Assembly: GCA_013239625.1 (NCBI GenBank) | Contig: MU053559.1 | Coordinates: 3,598,607 to 3,662,606 of the forward strand | Direction: 5' to 3' | Length of the DNA stretch: 64,000 nucleotides | DNA from: Lama guanicoe | Taxonomy: Eukaryota | Shown: piece by piece, positions 40,146-52,083 of the stretch | Position numbering within the stretch: position 1 is the first letter of the stretch | Layout of the letters: every line of letters starts with the position of its first letter | Notes under the pieces: model-generated | Told to the model about the DNA's origin: nothing | What the model saw: the letters and a program-made list of their open reading frames with translations, nothing else | Database searches by the model: none | Translations under genes and position numbers: made by a program

Positions 40146-41256
40146 TTGATAGGAATCTTTGTTTTCACACTAGTGGTATTTATATCTAAAAGTCCCAGAA
40201 CTATTATTTTTTAAAGACAAGATAGAATTTGTTTCATTTATCAGTAAGGCACAGCATCTTGGCATTTCCTTGATTTTGTTTGGTCTCATAAAACAAATGA
40301 GTAAGGTATTGGGAACTGAGCAAATTCAGGTCATCGTGGGAAGAGCACCAGATTTCTCTTGTCTGAGAAAATGCTTGCTAAACTCTGGAAGTCAAAAATG
40401 CAGAATTTTAAGGTCTGTGATGTCAAAAACTACACCCAGGATATACTTACAGCAAAAACTACATATTGGAACTCTACACTAAGCTTTACACTTTATCAAA
40501 ACTCATTGAACTCATTGGGTAAAGTTTATTGCATGTAAGTGTACCTCAGTAAAAAATTTTTTAAAGTTAAATTCATGGTGGTGAGAACACATTAGGCATT
40601 CAATAACTATTTTGACTACATTACCAATGGAATGAATGAATGAATGAATGAATGGAGTCATTTCATCCTTCAGTGATGAAGTATTCAGGCAATCAAGACA
40701 ATTAAATGGGTTGAATTTTATGTCCTTGGTTTTGAAACTTTACATCGACTTCCAAAAATTCAGTTTTAACAGCAAATCTTAGATCCTTTCACGTGTTTTG
40801 AAGGCTCACTCTCCCCCCGATTTACCAGATTTTCGGATTTGCCTTGAGAATGAAGTCAACGGCTCCATTTGGTCCTGTGCCTTCTGGGGCTTATATGTAT
40901 CTCTTTTGGGTGGCCTTGTACTTTCTCTCGCATTGTCAGACACAGTCATGCAATCTAGTCCTTAAAGACAGACATTTTGATACAGTGACCAAAGATGTTT
41001 TTAAAATTTGAGACATTTCCCCAAAAATGAAATCCCTTCTATTCTTTCTAGAAATAGAAGTTGGTTTCCCAAACTTGGAATCTGGGCCTCTCTTGAGAAC
41101 CCTTAACCACTCTCAGTTAAAACAAGTAGAGCAGAACGATAAAGCAAATGTGTGAGCCAATGTGGACTTTTTCTCATTGGCTGTTAGCATGAGGAGCTGA
41201 TCTGGAGTCTCCTGTAAAGTGCTTGATTCTGATTGCTTCTTGTATTTTTCTCCCAG

Positions 41257-41351
41257 GTATGGCCGCAGCCAAACTTCTGCACGACTGTGGCCTGAATGTG
41301 ATTGTTCTAGAAGCCCGGGACCGCGTGGGAGGCAGGACTTACACCCTCAGG
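41257..41351 (+). CDS. MAOB: Monoamine oxidase B, exon 2 ([32 protein letters not shown])
   Basis: Acceptor tttttctcccag|GT, donor AGG|gtaaga; 95 nt; phase matches exon 1; [10 protein letters not shown] motif of flavin amine oxidases. Confidence 0.97.
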
Positions 41352-42295
41352 GTAAGACTTGTTAAGGATGGGTTGGAGAAACGTGCCACTGAAGCTGAGT
41401 TTCTTTTTTTTCTTTCTGGAAGTCTTGTGCTTCATTTGACTCTTTTTAAGAGAGTGAAAATTACTCTGGAGCATTCTCCCCAGCGTCTCTCTCAATTTTC
41501 AACTTATCTTCCTTTTCAGCTTATCCTCCCGTCCCTTTTCTCTTCTCACCTCATGACACTTGGCATTTGCCCAGTAAATTATGGCACCAGTAAATAAGTG
41601 TTTGGAATTTATTAGTGAATAAAATGAAGATTACTCTTGTGAAACTTATGTTCTCTTTCTTTTGCAGGATGAGTAATACAATAAACAAACAATTAGGCAT
41701 CCAATTATGCTTAGACACATTCAAACATAGGGAGTTTTTCTAGTCACTCTTTTTCAAAGATTGATGCTTAGGCATTGCAAGTGAACCAATTCATACCCAT
41801 ATGGAAACCTCTCTGTTGAACCTAAGAACAATTTCAAAGGTTTGATTATGGCCAAATATTTCCTAATGCCATCTTTCAAGGGTCTGGATTAGCAAACTGC
41901 ATAAGAAGTGATTATTTCGTTTCTTGTTTTTCCTCTAGCATTAGGTCCCTCAAAATCAGCCTGAAATGCTAAGTAAAGAGAAATTCATCAACAATTCATA
42001 GCTTACAAATCCAAGGCACTAAAACCCAAATCATGTCGTGGTGTGTATTGAGAAGTATGGGGTTCAGATGTCTCTTGTCTATTTCAAGTTTAGTCAGTTT
42101 TGTTTTAAATTAAGGAATAATTCAGTAACTGTTAAGTCACATGAATGAAGTAAAGTTGAGAATAGAATCCAATTTTCCAAGGATACACCTCTTTAACCTG
42201 TGAAATGCCAATTTGCATATTTCAGGGCTGTCTTTTTTATCTTAGGAAGAACATTTTTACAAATATTTATTTTTATTTTTTCCATGGAAAAACAG

Positions 42296-42433
42296 AACCA
42301 AAAAGTTAAATATGTGGACCTTGGAGGATCTTATGTTGGGCCAACTCAGAATCGTATCTTAAGATTATCCACGGAGCTAGGATTGGAGACCTACAAAGTG
42401 AATGAAGTAGAGCGCCTGATTCATCATGTAAAG
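42296..42433 (+). CDS. MAOB: Monoamine oxidase B, exon 3 ([46 protein letters not shown])
   Basis: Acceptor aacag|AAC, donor AAG|gtaagc; 138 nt, phase 0; [11 protein letters not shown] and [12 protein letters not shown] are MAO-B-type rather than MAO-A-type. Confidence 0.97.
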
Positions 42434-42556
42434 GTAAGCCTGGACCAGCCTTTGAAGGATTTGAAGACTTCTCTATGGATCTTTCCACATATGAATTCCA
42501 GATCCTTCCCTCAGTCTCCTTTATCCCTGAATGATGCATATATATTTTATAAGTAT

Positions 42557-42616
42557 ATTTCAACCATTCTGAGAATCTTTTTTTTAATTTCAACCATTCT
42601 GAGAATACTTTTTTTA
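42557..42616 (+). repeat. 30-bp tandem duplication
   Basis: atttcaaccattctgagaatctttttttta / atttcaaccattctgagaatacttttttta. Confidence 0.9.
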
Positions 42617-44934
42617 CTGTTATCAAAGAATGATTCCAGACCTATTTGCGGAGGTTATTGATGAGGTGATATTGCCCAGCTGGTAAAAAGTGTAACAAAA
42701 CCAATAGAAAAAAATGTGATTGATTTATTAAATAGCTCTATGGAAATAACTAGGTCCCTTTCAAGTGATATAAAAATTTGTGTATAGTTTTACAAATGCT
42801 GCCCTAGACTTCACATTATAAAGGGTGTTTGCAATATATCTACTATAGTATTTTGAAACTTTGTCATTAAGTCCTATATAATCAGCTAAACTCACTCTTT
42901 TTTTGGAGAAACATAAAAGTTGCTCAAGTCTCAAATTCCATTTTTCATGGAGAAGCTCCATTGATCCCCTGGAAATTTCTGTGAGTTCACTGGGTCTCCC
43001 ATTCCCATGATCCTTTGTGGCTCATGGTTCTTGCTTCTGTGACCCCTGTGCTCATTCACAGTTCATGGCCTGTGACTCTTACCTTCCCTTTGTTCTGTGT
43101 CAACATGAGTTCAAATTCACCTCTTTGTCTTGATTTTCTTCAGACCACCCCAAACATCTGTGTTCAGCAGACTTGACTGAAGTTTTGAGCATCAGGAGGG
43201 GGCTTAATTGCAGAAACATAAACAGCTTAGAATTCAATATTGGTCATTCTAATAAGCTCTTAAAACAGTATGCCCCTGGGGATTTCTGAAGGGCCACATT
43301 CCTCTGTGGATTCCAGTTTTCCACCATGTTTCTGCCATCCTGATCCTTGTTTTCCCGGCACTGTTGTCTTGATCCAAAATGTCACCAGTGTTCTCTGACA
43401 AGCAAAGAGTCACCTACCTTGGGCCCCACTCTGAAGTCCCACAGAAGAACTGGTAGAGGTTTTGAATTTCAGCCTTTCCTCTCTCTTCCTCACTGAAAGT
43501 GATCAGTCTAGAGACCTGTTCCTCCCTGGAAGAAATCATCCCCTTAGGAGACAGAAGAAACTAGCAACAGTCAGTTTCAATTTACATAACAATGTTGACA
43601 CCTGTATATTATTTGTGAGTGGTAATATCAAGAAGGACAAAGAATAGATTGTACATTATGAATCATTTAATAAGACAGGAAATAAATATCTACCTAATTT
43701 GGCATAATGAGGGTCACATTCATATATACATGTTTTGGTTGACCTTCAGATTTTGTTTTATGAGCCCTTGCACCTTGCTTCCATATGTGTCTAGCGGGAA
43801 AAGACACACACAAATTAGAAATGAAAATGTAACATGGTGATGGTGTGATTTATTGAACATCGGTCAGCGGCAGTGAACATCCTTCATCGGCTTTCTTGCT
43901 TTTAAATGTAGGGCATCTTGACCTATTTCTCCTGTCTTCCTTGTCCTACCATTTAAGACTTGGAGAGACTGACTTCCCAGAACACTAAGATCTCTTTTAG
44001 GTTTCTCCAGACAAAGGAGATGACTAACAGATTATATTCACTTTTCTGTCTATGTGTGTGCAGGGTTTCTTGGCAGTCAGGAGCTATGTTCAGGATGCTC
44101 TGTTTTTCTGGTAATCTTATGGCTCCCGTTAAGTTCCTTGTTTGAAAGAGGCTGGTCACAGTCATCAATCATGGAAACGATGCTATACTTGAATTTTTCA
44201 GAGTGATGGCCAAATGTACTACTTTCTTAGACTATTTTAAATAATCCACGTGCAGCTAAGACAATACAAGCAATGAAGTAGTATCTCTGACTTGATACAG
44301 AATAAATGCATATGCCAATATTGCTCTTTATCAAAATAAATGTTATCGCTGTTTAATTATTACAAAAATGAAACATGTTTACTGTAAAAAATATAATATG
44401 AAAATGTGGGTAGAGAAAAACAACTTAAAAAAAATAAAAACACTCCAATAATCCTATCTAGAGAAAATCACTCTAAATATTCTTTTGGAACATAGATTTT
44501 CATATTCCTGTATTGCTATTTTCTGACCTCTGCTGGATGAAATGAGAAATATCAGTACACTTTAACATACTGTATACCTATGCATATGTGCATATGTTTA
44601 ATATGCTTACTTAGTCTCCAATTAATTCTCATACTGAGACAGTTGAAGCGCCAATGAGGTTTATGAAACAAAGATGTTTCCAAAGGCGGTTTCCAGAGAT
44701 GCTAATTTGACCTCCTTGTGGTCATATCCAGTGAAGAGCTACATGTTAATAAATATCAATAAACAGTATAAAGCTAAGAAATCTTCCCCAAACTAAATAT
44801 TTATTTATTCACCACTATCATCACCGCCATATCTTTGCTCAGATGTCATATTTCTTATTTTTAACCTGTAAAAAGCATCTCAGATAGCTCCATCCATTTT
44901 TTGGAATTGACAAGAACTCTGACGTTTGATCTCT

Positions 44935-47900
44935 CTTTTTTTTTTTTTACATTTTTATTGATTCATAATCATTTTACAGTGTTGTGTCAAATTCCAGTGT
45001 TCAGTACAATTTTTCAGTCATACATGGACATATACACACTCATTGTCACATTTTTTTCTCTGTGATTTATCATAACATTTTGTGTATATTTCCCTGTGCT
45101 ATACAGTGTAATCTTGTTTATCTGTTCTACAATTTTGAAATCCCAGTCTATCCCTTCCCACCCTCTACCCCGCCCCCCCCAGTAACCACAAGTCTGTATT
45201 CTCTGTCCATGAGTCCATTTCTGTCCTGTATTTATGCTTTGTTTTTGTTTGTTTGTTTGTTTTTGATTTTTAGATTCCACATATGAGCGATCTCATATGG
45301 TATTTTTCTTTCTCTTTCTGGCTTACTTCACTTAGAATGACATTCTCCAGGAGCATCCATGTTGCTGCAAATGGCATTATGTTGTCGGTTTTTATGGCTG
45401 AGTAGTATTCCATTGTATAAATATACCACATCTTCTTTATCCAGTCACCTGTTGATGGACATTTAGGTTGTTTCCATGTTTTGGCTATTGTAAATAGTGC
45501 TGCTATGAACATTGGGGTGCAGGTGTCATCCTGAAGTAGATTTCCTTCTGGGTACAAGCCCAGGAGTGGGATTCCTGGGTCATATGGTAAGTCTATTCCT
45601 AGTCTTTTGAGGAATCTCCACACTGTTTTCCATAGTGGCTGCACCAAACTGCATTCCCACCAGCAGTGTAGGAGGGTTCCCCTTTCTCCACAGCCTCTCC
45701 AGCATTTGTCATTTTTGGATTTTTGAATGACGGCCATTCTGACTGGTGTGAGGTGATACCTCATTGTAGTTTTGATTTGCATTTCTCTGATAATTAGTGA
45801 TATTGAACATTTTTTCATGTGCTTTTTGATCATTTGTATGTCTTCCTTGGAGAATTGCTTGTTTAGGTCTTCTGCCCATTTTTGGATTGGGTTGTTTATT
45901 TTTTTCTTATTGAGTCGTATGAGCTGCTTATATATTTTGGAGATCAAGCCTTTGTCGGTTTCACTTGCAAAAATTTTCTCCCATTCCGTAGGTTTTCTTC
46001 TTGTTTTATTTCTGGTTTCCTTTGCTCTGCAGAAGCTTGTAAGTTTCATTAGGTCCCATTTGTTTATTCTTGCTTTTATTTCTTCTAGGAGAAAATTTTT
46101 GAAATGTATGTCAGATAATGTTTTGCCTATGTTTTCCTCTAGGAGGTTTATTGTATCTTGTCTTATGTTTAAGTCTTTAATCCATTTTGAGTTGATTTTT
46201 GTATATGGTGTAAGGGTGTGTTCTAGCTTCATTGTTTTACATGCTGCTGTCCAGTTTTCCCAACACCATTTGCTGAAGAGACTGTCTTTATTCCATTGTA
46301 TATTCTTGCCTCCTTTGTCGAAGATGAGTTGACCAAAAGTTTGTGGGTTCATTTCTGGGCTCTCTATTCTGTTCCATTGGTCTATATGTCTGTTTTGGTA
46401 CCAATACCATGCTGTCTTGATGACTGTAGCTCTATAGTATTGTCTGAAGTCTGGGAGAGTTATTCCTCCAGCCTCTTTCTTTCTCTTCAGTAATGCTTTA
46501 GCAATTCTAGGTCTTTGATGGTTCCATATAAATTTTATTATGATTTGTTCTAGTTCTGTGAAATATGTCCTGGGTAATTGGATAGGGATTGCATTAAATC
46601 TGTAGATTGCCTTGGGCAGTGTGACCATTTTAACAATATTGATTCTTCCAATCCAAGAGCATGGAATATCTTTCCATTTTTTAAAGTCTTCTTTAATTTC
46701 CTTCATCAATGGTTTATAGTTTTCTGTGTATAATTCTTTCACCTCCTTGGTTAGATTTATTCCCAGATATTTTATTACTTTGGGTGCTATTTTAAAGGGG
46801 ATTGTTTCTTTACTTTCTTTTTCTGTTGATTTATCGTTAGTGTAAAGAAAGGCAACTGATTTTTGAACATTAATTTTGTAACCTGCTACCTTGCTGAATT
46901 CTTCGATCAGCTCTAGTAGCTTTTTTGTGGACCTTTTAGGGTTTTCTATATATAGTAACATGTCGTCAGCATATAATGACACTTTTACCTCTTCTTTTCC
47001 AATTTGGATCCCTTTTATTTCTTTCTCTTGCCTGATTGCTGTGGCTAGGACTTCCAGGACTATATTGAATAGGAGTGGTGATAGTGGGCATCCTTGTCTT
47101 GTCCCAGATTTTAGTGGGAAGCTTTTGAGTTTTTCACCGTTGAGAACTATGCTGGCTATAGGTTTGTCATATATAGCTTTTATTATGTTGAGATATGTTC
47201 CCTCTATACCCACTTTGGCGAGAGTTTTTATCATAAATGGGTGTTGAATTTTATCAAATGCTTTTTCTGCATCGATTGAGATGATCATGTGGTTTTTGTC
47301 CTTTCTCTTGTTGATGTGATGTATTACATTGATTGATTTGCGTATGTTGAACCAGCCTTGTGTCCCTGGGATGAACCCCACTTGGTCATGATGTATAATC
47401 TTTTTTATGTGTTGTTGGATTCTATTTGCTAAAATTTTGGTGAGGATTTTGGCGTCTATGTTCATCAGTGATATTGGCCTATAATTCTCTTTTTTTGTAG
47501 TGTCTTTGCCTGGTTTTGGTATCAGGGTGATGGTGGCTTCATAGAATGAGTTTGGGAGTATTCCCTCCTTTTCAATCGTCTGGAAGAGTTTGAGAAGGAC
47601 TGGTATGAGTTCTTCTTTGTATGTTTGGTAGAATTCCCCGGTGAAGCCGTCCGGTCCTGGACTTTTATTTGTAGGGAGGTTTTTAATTGCTATTTCTATT
47701 TCCTTTCTAGTGATCGGATTGTTCAAGTGTTCAGTTTCTTCTTGATTCAGTTTTGGTGGACAGTATGTTTCCAGAAACTTGTCCATCTCCTCTAGGTTAT
47801 CCAGTTTGGTTCCATATAGTTTTTCATAATATTCTCGTATGATATTCTGTATTTCTATTTTGTTTGTTGTAATTTCTCCATTTTCCTTTCTTATTTTGCT

Positions 47901-48062
47901 AATTTGTGCTCTCTCTTTTTTCTTCTTTGTGAGTTTGGCCAGAGGTTTGTCGATTTTATTTACTTTTTCAAAAAACCAGCTTTTGGTTTGGTTGATTTTT
48001 TCTATGGTCTTGTTAATCTCTATTGTATTTAATTCCTCTCTGATCTTTATTATTTCCTTCCT
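44935..48062 (-). mobile_element. Young 5'-truncated LINE-1 (~3.1 kb), antisense to MAOB
   Basis: Poly(T) 44936-44948, reverse AATAAA 44954-44959, ~320-bp 3' UTR with G-rich tract, open ORF2; perfect 17-bp TSD tctgacgtttgatctct at 44918-44934 and 48063-48079. Confidence 0.97.
45270..48062 (-). pseudogene. L1 ORF2p, N-terminally truncated (reverse transcriptase and C-terminal Cys-rich domain; endonuclease domain missing)
   Basis: ~930 stop-free codons with [32 protein letters not shown] and CWRGC...HCWWEC motifs; no promoter, ORF1 or native start codon. Confidence 0.95.
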
Positions 48063-49155
48063 TCTGACGTTTGATCTCTTACAACATGCCAAAGAATGTA
48101 GTCCAGAAATGTGCCTCCTTGGTCATGGTAGGCAGTACTTCGGGCATTTGGACATGACTCTCGATTGCCTATTTCAATAGCTACCATTTCCAAGTGCAAA
48201 CTACAGTTCATGCAAATATACCAGATATTTGTGCCTTGTTTTGTCAGCAGACCTGCATGTATTTCTTAACCCAAAGCCTGAGAACATCAAGATATCAAGT
48301 GTACTACTTACTATCTTGCCAGATCCTGCTAATCAAATCAACCTGCTCCAGGTCTCTGGTTCTTTTTTTTTTTTTTTTATTGCATGGTCGTTAAGGGAGG
48401 GCAGAATATTATGTGCAGCCTTCATACCATTAAGCTAAGGAATTTGGATATGATGCTTGGAATTGAAACTGGTGAAATGGGGCTATTCACAAGAGGGGGA
48501 GGGCACAGCAAATGATGGGCTAGCTATCCACAGGAGGGGTGTCTTTCCCAAGAAATGAGGACTCCCAGTATCACCAGTTCCCTGAGAGTTCTAGGAGAAA
48601 TGGTCAATTGACAGATGGGGTATGAGCGTGCCAGCCCCATACCAAGCATCCATAACCCCTGGTGTCCTGTGATGTGCAGGGCCTTTTGCTGTCTGCCTCT
48701 GATCTGTCGGAAATATTTCTAATCTCCTGAGGGGGCATTCATTTTTTAGTACCACAGGAGATCTATTTTATGTGGTTTTCCAAAACCTTATTCATGAATG
48801 AAAGATGTGATACCAAGATAAATTGGGATTTAATCATCAGTGGGAAAAGTGATCACTTCAGCTCAAATCTGTATAATTTAGGTGTTTTTCCACACTTCTC
48901 AAAGCAGCAATGTGGTTCTTTGTGCTTCACAATTATTGTTAAACATCTACTGAAGTTTTTCATGTTTTACAAATAGTCATGCTGATTTCTGCTAGTCGAG
49001 TTTAAAAGGTGGCTGTTTGCATGCCTGGGAAGTGACTTGGAAAAAAAAAAAGTTCCCTTTTAGGGACTATCTTATAATTTAAAAGACAAAGACAAAAGGT
49101 AAAAACTTGTTAAGGAATCTTGCTCTATTCTGACTTATGCCTCTTCCTCCTTCAT

Positions 49156-49158
<3 letters not shown>

Positions 49159-49200
<42 letters not shown>
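49159..49200. repeat. (GT)~21 perfect microsatellite
   Basis: Direct reading. Confidence 0.95.
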
Positions 49201-49202
<2 letters not shown>

Positions 49203-51587
49203 CTGTTAGCGTGCACCCATCTCTGTGGTTATTGTGATGTTATTTTTTGTTCTTTTGGATTCTTACCTTGAAGGAGTCGGAGAACATTCTTAAGTGTAGT
49301 ACAATTCAGGCTATCGGCAAATTAAGTTCCTCTGTCTCAGAAGCTCTTATAAGTCTGAAATTTGGAACTAGATTCTAGTCAAAATATGCATGAAACTGCT
49401 TTAGGCCCAAAGGCTGAACTGTTAAAGAGTTGGGTGAATGTAAAGATGGAGCGTGACAAACTTAAGAGCCCAACTGTGCACTGATAATCTTTTCCAAACT
49501 TCAGCTATCTGGAGAAATGGAGGAAAAAAGATGCTCTGGTCTTAGTGTGTTTCCCAGAGGGCAGAAGTCAAGCTGACTGTCAAAGTCCCTTTTGCGTTGT
49601 ATGTGGTCAACCTTAATGCTTGAAGAGGTGCATGAATGAGGCACCATCCCTCAAATATACTGCCCACCTGTTACTGTGTTGTTCAGACAGCCTCATGGGG
49701 GAGGTACCATGTGGCACAGCCCTTCGGTTTGCTGAGAACTCTAAAAGCCAGTGAAAAATACAGGACAAAAAAGCACACAAAGGCAGAGAGCTGAGAGTAG
49801 ATCTCTATTGACAAGAACAGTTGAGCGAACTTCTTGGAAGCAATTGCAAGGCTAAACTGCCTCTCAGTGTGGGGAAACAGCAAAAGAATTAGAGGTGAAA
49901 TGTTGAAAACTAAAATATTCAAATGTTAATTGCATTTGCAAACAGAGACGGTCCTATGGTGCAGGACCTCGGCATCTCCCAGAAATCAGGAGACCAGGAG
50001 CGTCTAGTCTTCTTTAGGCTGTTAGTATCCCCTTTTCCATGCCTCTACCTCCGATCCGATTAATCCAGAGGAGCTTGGATCAAAGTCTAGGCAGCACTTG
50101 CTTGTCTCATGGTGACAGGAGTCTCTAGGAGCAGTTAGATAATCAACTCTTGTATTTCACCCAGGAATAGTTGCCCATTTCACATGAACTTCATACATGC
50201 CACACCGAGCTCACTGGCTCTGAGAGTCTTCCCTAGCTGGGATGGACTTTATGAACCTCTTCCACTCCCACCCCCACTCCATTTCATGTCTTAATTGTTG
50301 GAAACAAATATGTCTTGTATTCATGGGAGATTTTTTTCCCCCCAAAAAAATGCAGAATAGTAATGTCCTCTTCAGCAAGTAAAACCCACTTGCCTAGTGA
50401 TCATTCTGAACCTTATGCCAAGTTATTCTGGAAACCGAAGTGTTCATTTGTGTTCTTTAGAAAATACAGGCAGATTTTTTTGGCAGCTAATAATTTGCTG
50501 AAAATGATCCTTTCAATGACTGGATGTGGAGCAATATTTTGGGATGTGAAATGAATTTATTCTAGATCTTCAAGGTTTCCTATTAGAATTTAAAATGTAA
50601 TGAAATCAGTAAACATGCTCCCTGTGTACAAACACACACACACACACACACACATCTGGATAAACTTAACAATGACTAGAGTTGTGAGTCACACAGTGTT
50701 GGTTTTACATTATACCGGAGGGAGAGGGTAGAGAATATACAGAATTCAGTTATGATGGTGAAATTCATAAGAGGAAACAAGCCTGGAGCTTAAATCTGCT
50801 GGGAAATTTTTATAGCATCTAATTACCATGTCATCATGGAATATGGCCAAGCAGTCCAAAGGAGATACAATGACAGGGGCCCAGCTCATCAAAGGGTGAT
50901 GACTAATAAGGGTGATCATGTAACAGGTCGAATCTTCAGCAGCCTGTAGGGATTGGCAGGAAGTACAGGATGGCTGAAAATGTGTTAGCCTACCTTGCTA
51001 CGCTGTCATGGAGCCCACATCTTTCTCTTGCCCTCTGCTTCAACCAATAAATAATACTCTGGTATAGACATCTAGAACCTTCCAAGTGCTTTCACACATG
51101 ATATGTGATTTGGACCTCACAAATATGAGTCCCAAATAACTAGAATGTATTTGGCTGTGAACTAGAAATTTTGGCCCCATTTGACAGGTGAGAATGTAAA
51201 GGCTAAAGAGATTAATTGCATGTGGCAGGAAGCGATGGGGTCAGAGCATGAATTGAGGTGCTAAGGATACACAGTAAACAGCTCACTGTCCTCCGGATGG
51301 GAGAATTCCTGTCACTTCCTTGAGCCCCAGCATCTGGCTTGCCCTGCTTCCTTCCTGCCCAACTTACACTCTCACATTGTGAAAAAATCCAATTCAAAAT
51401 CTTTCTTTCCTTAAAATTTTCTGCAATTGAATACAATTCTGAAGCCCTGCATCCTCCTCACTTTCTTGATTACATTTTGTAGAAACCTGTTTGAAAGTAG
51501 GGAGAAATCTGTTATTTGTACTTGAAGATTATGCACTCCCTCCAACACAGAGAACATAGTCTGTTTATATTTGACATTCTTGGGTTC

Positions 51588-51628
51588 TTTTTTTTTTAAC
51601 TTTTTATTGATTTATAATCATTTTACAT
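51588..51628 (-). mobile_element. Very short L1 3'-terminal fragment
   Basis: T10-aactttttattgatttataatcattttaca matches the terminus of the young L1 at 32814; no TSD recognised. Confidence 0.6.
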
Positions 51629-51961
51629 TTTCATACTTTCACATAAAGAAAGTTTTCAAGTTTTTTTTTGCTTATGAATATTTCTCAAGTATTTTCTAAT
51701 GTCATTAAAAGTTCTTTACAGATACCATTTTAAATAGATGCATAATATTCTGTAATAAGAACACTCTGTAATAGAGTGGCCATTTTGCCAATCAGTTTCT
51801 ATTAATTAAGCTTCAACACTCTATTCAAATCATCTCACATGTATTATACATCTAACATAGGTTCCTACTATGCAAGGCTTAGGGCTAAATAATTGAATTT
51901 GAAACAGTCTGGCGTAAAGTCAGTGTGGGATTTGTGGGATCAAAGAGTCTGCTTTTAATAT

Positions 51962-52012
51962 AAAAAGAAATGAACAAAAAAAAAAAAGGAAAAATGACCA
52001 AAAAAAACAAAG

Positions 52013-52049
<37 letters not shown>

Positions 52050-52083
52050 ACCAAAAAAAAAAAAGCAAAAAAAAAAAAAAAAA
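51962..52083 (+). repeat. ~120-bp A-rich tract (longest pure run 35 A, 52013-52047)
   Basis: Direct reading; interrupted by recurring TGAAC/TGACC. Confidence 0.95.

Noticed and set aside
48063..48092. N-terminal MACCKRSNV of the 940-aa ORF, suggesting a chimeric or domesticated RT gene
   Set aside because: These codons come from the TSD and flank, the start is a non-ATG codon and no promoter is evident; the open frame is explained by recent insertion.
45772..48180. Plus-strand ORFs of 113-186 aa inside the L1
   Set aside because: Typical hydrophobic antisense frames of L1 ORF2; no independent evidence of coding.
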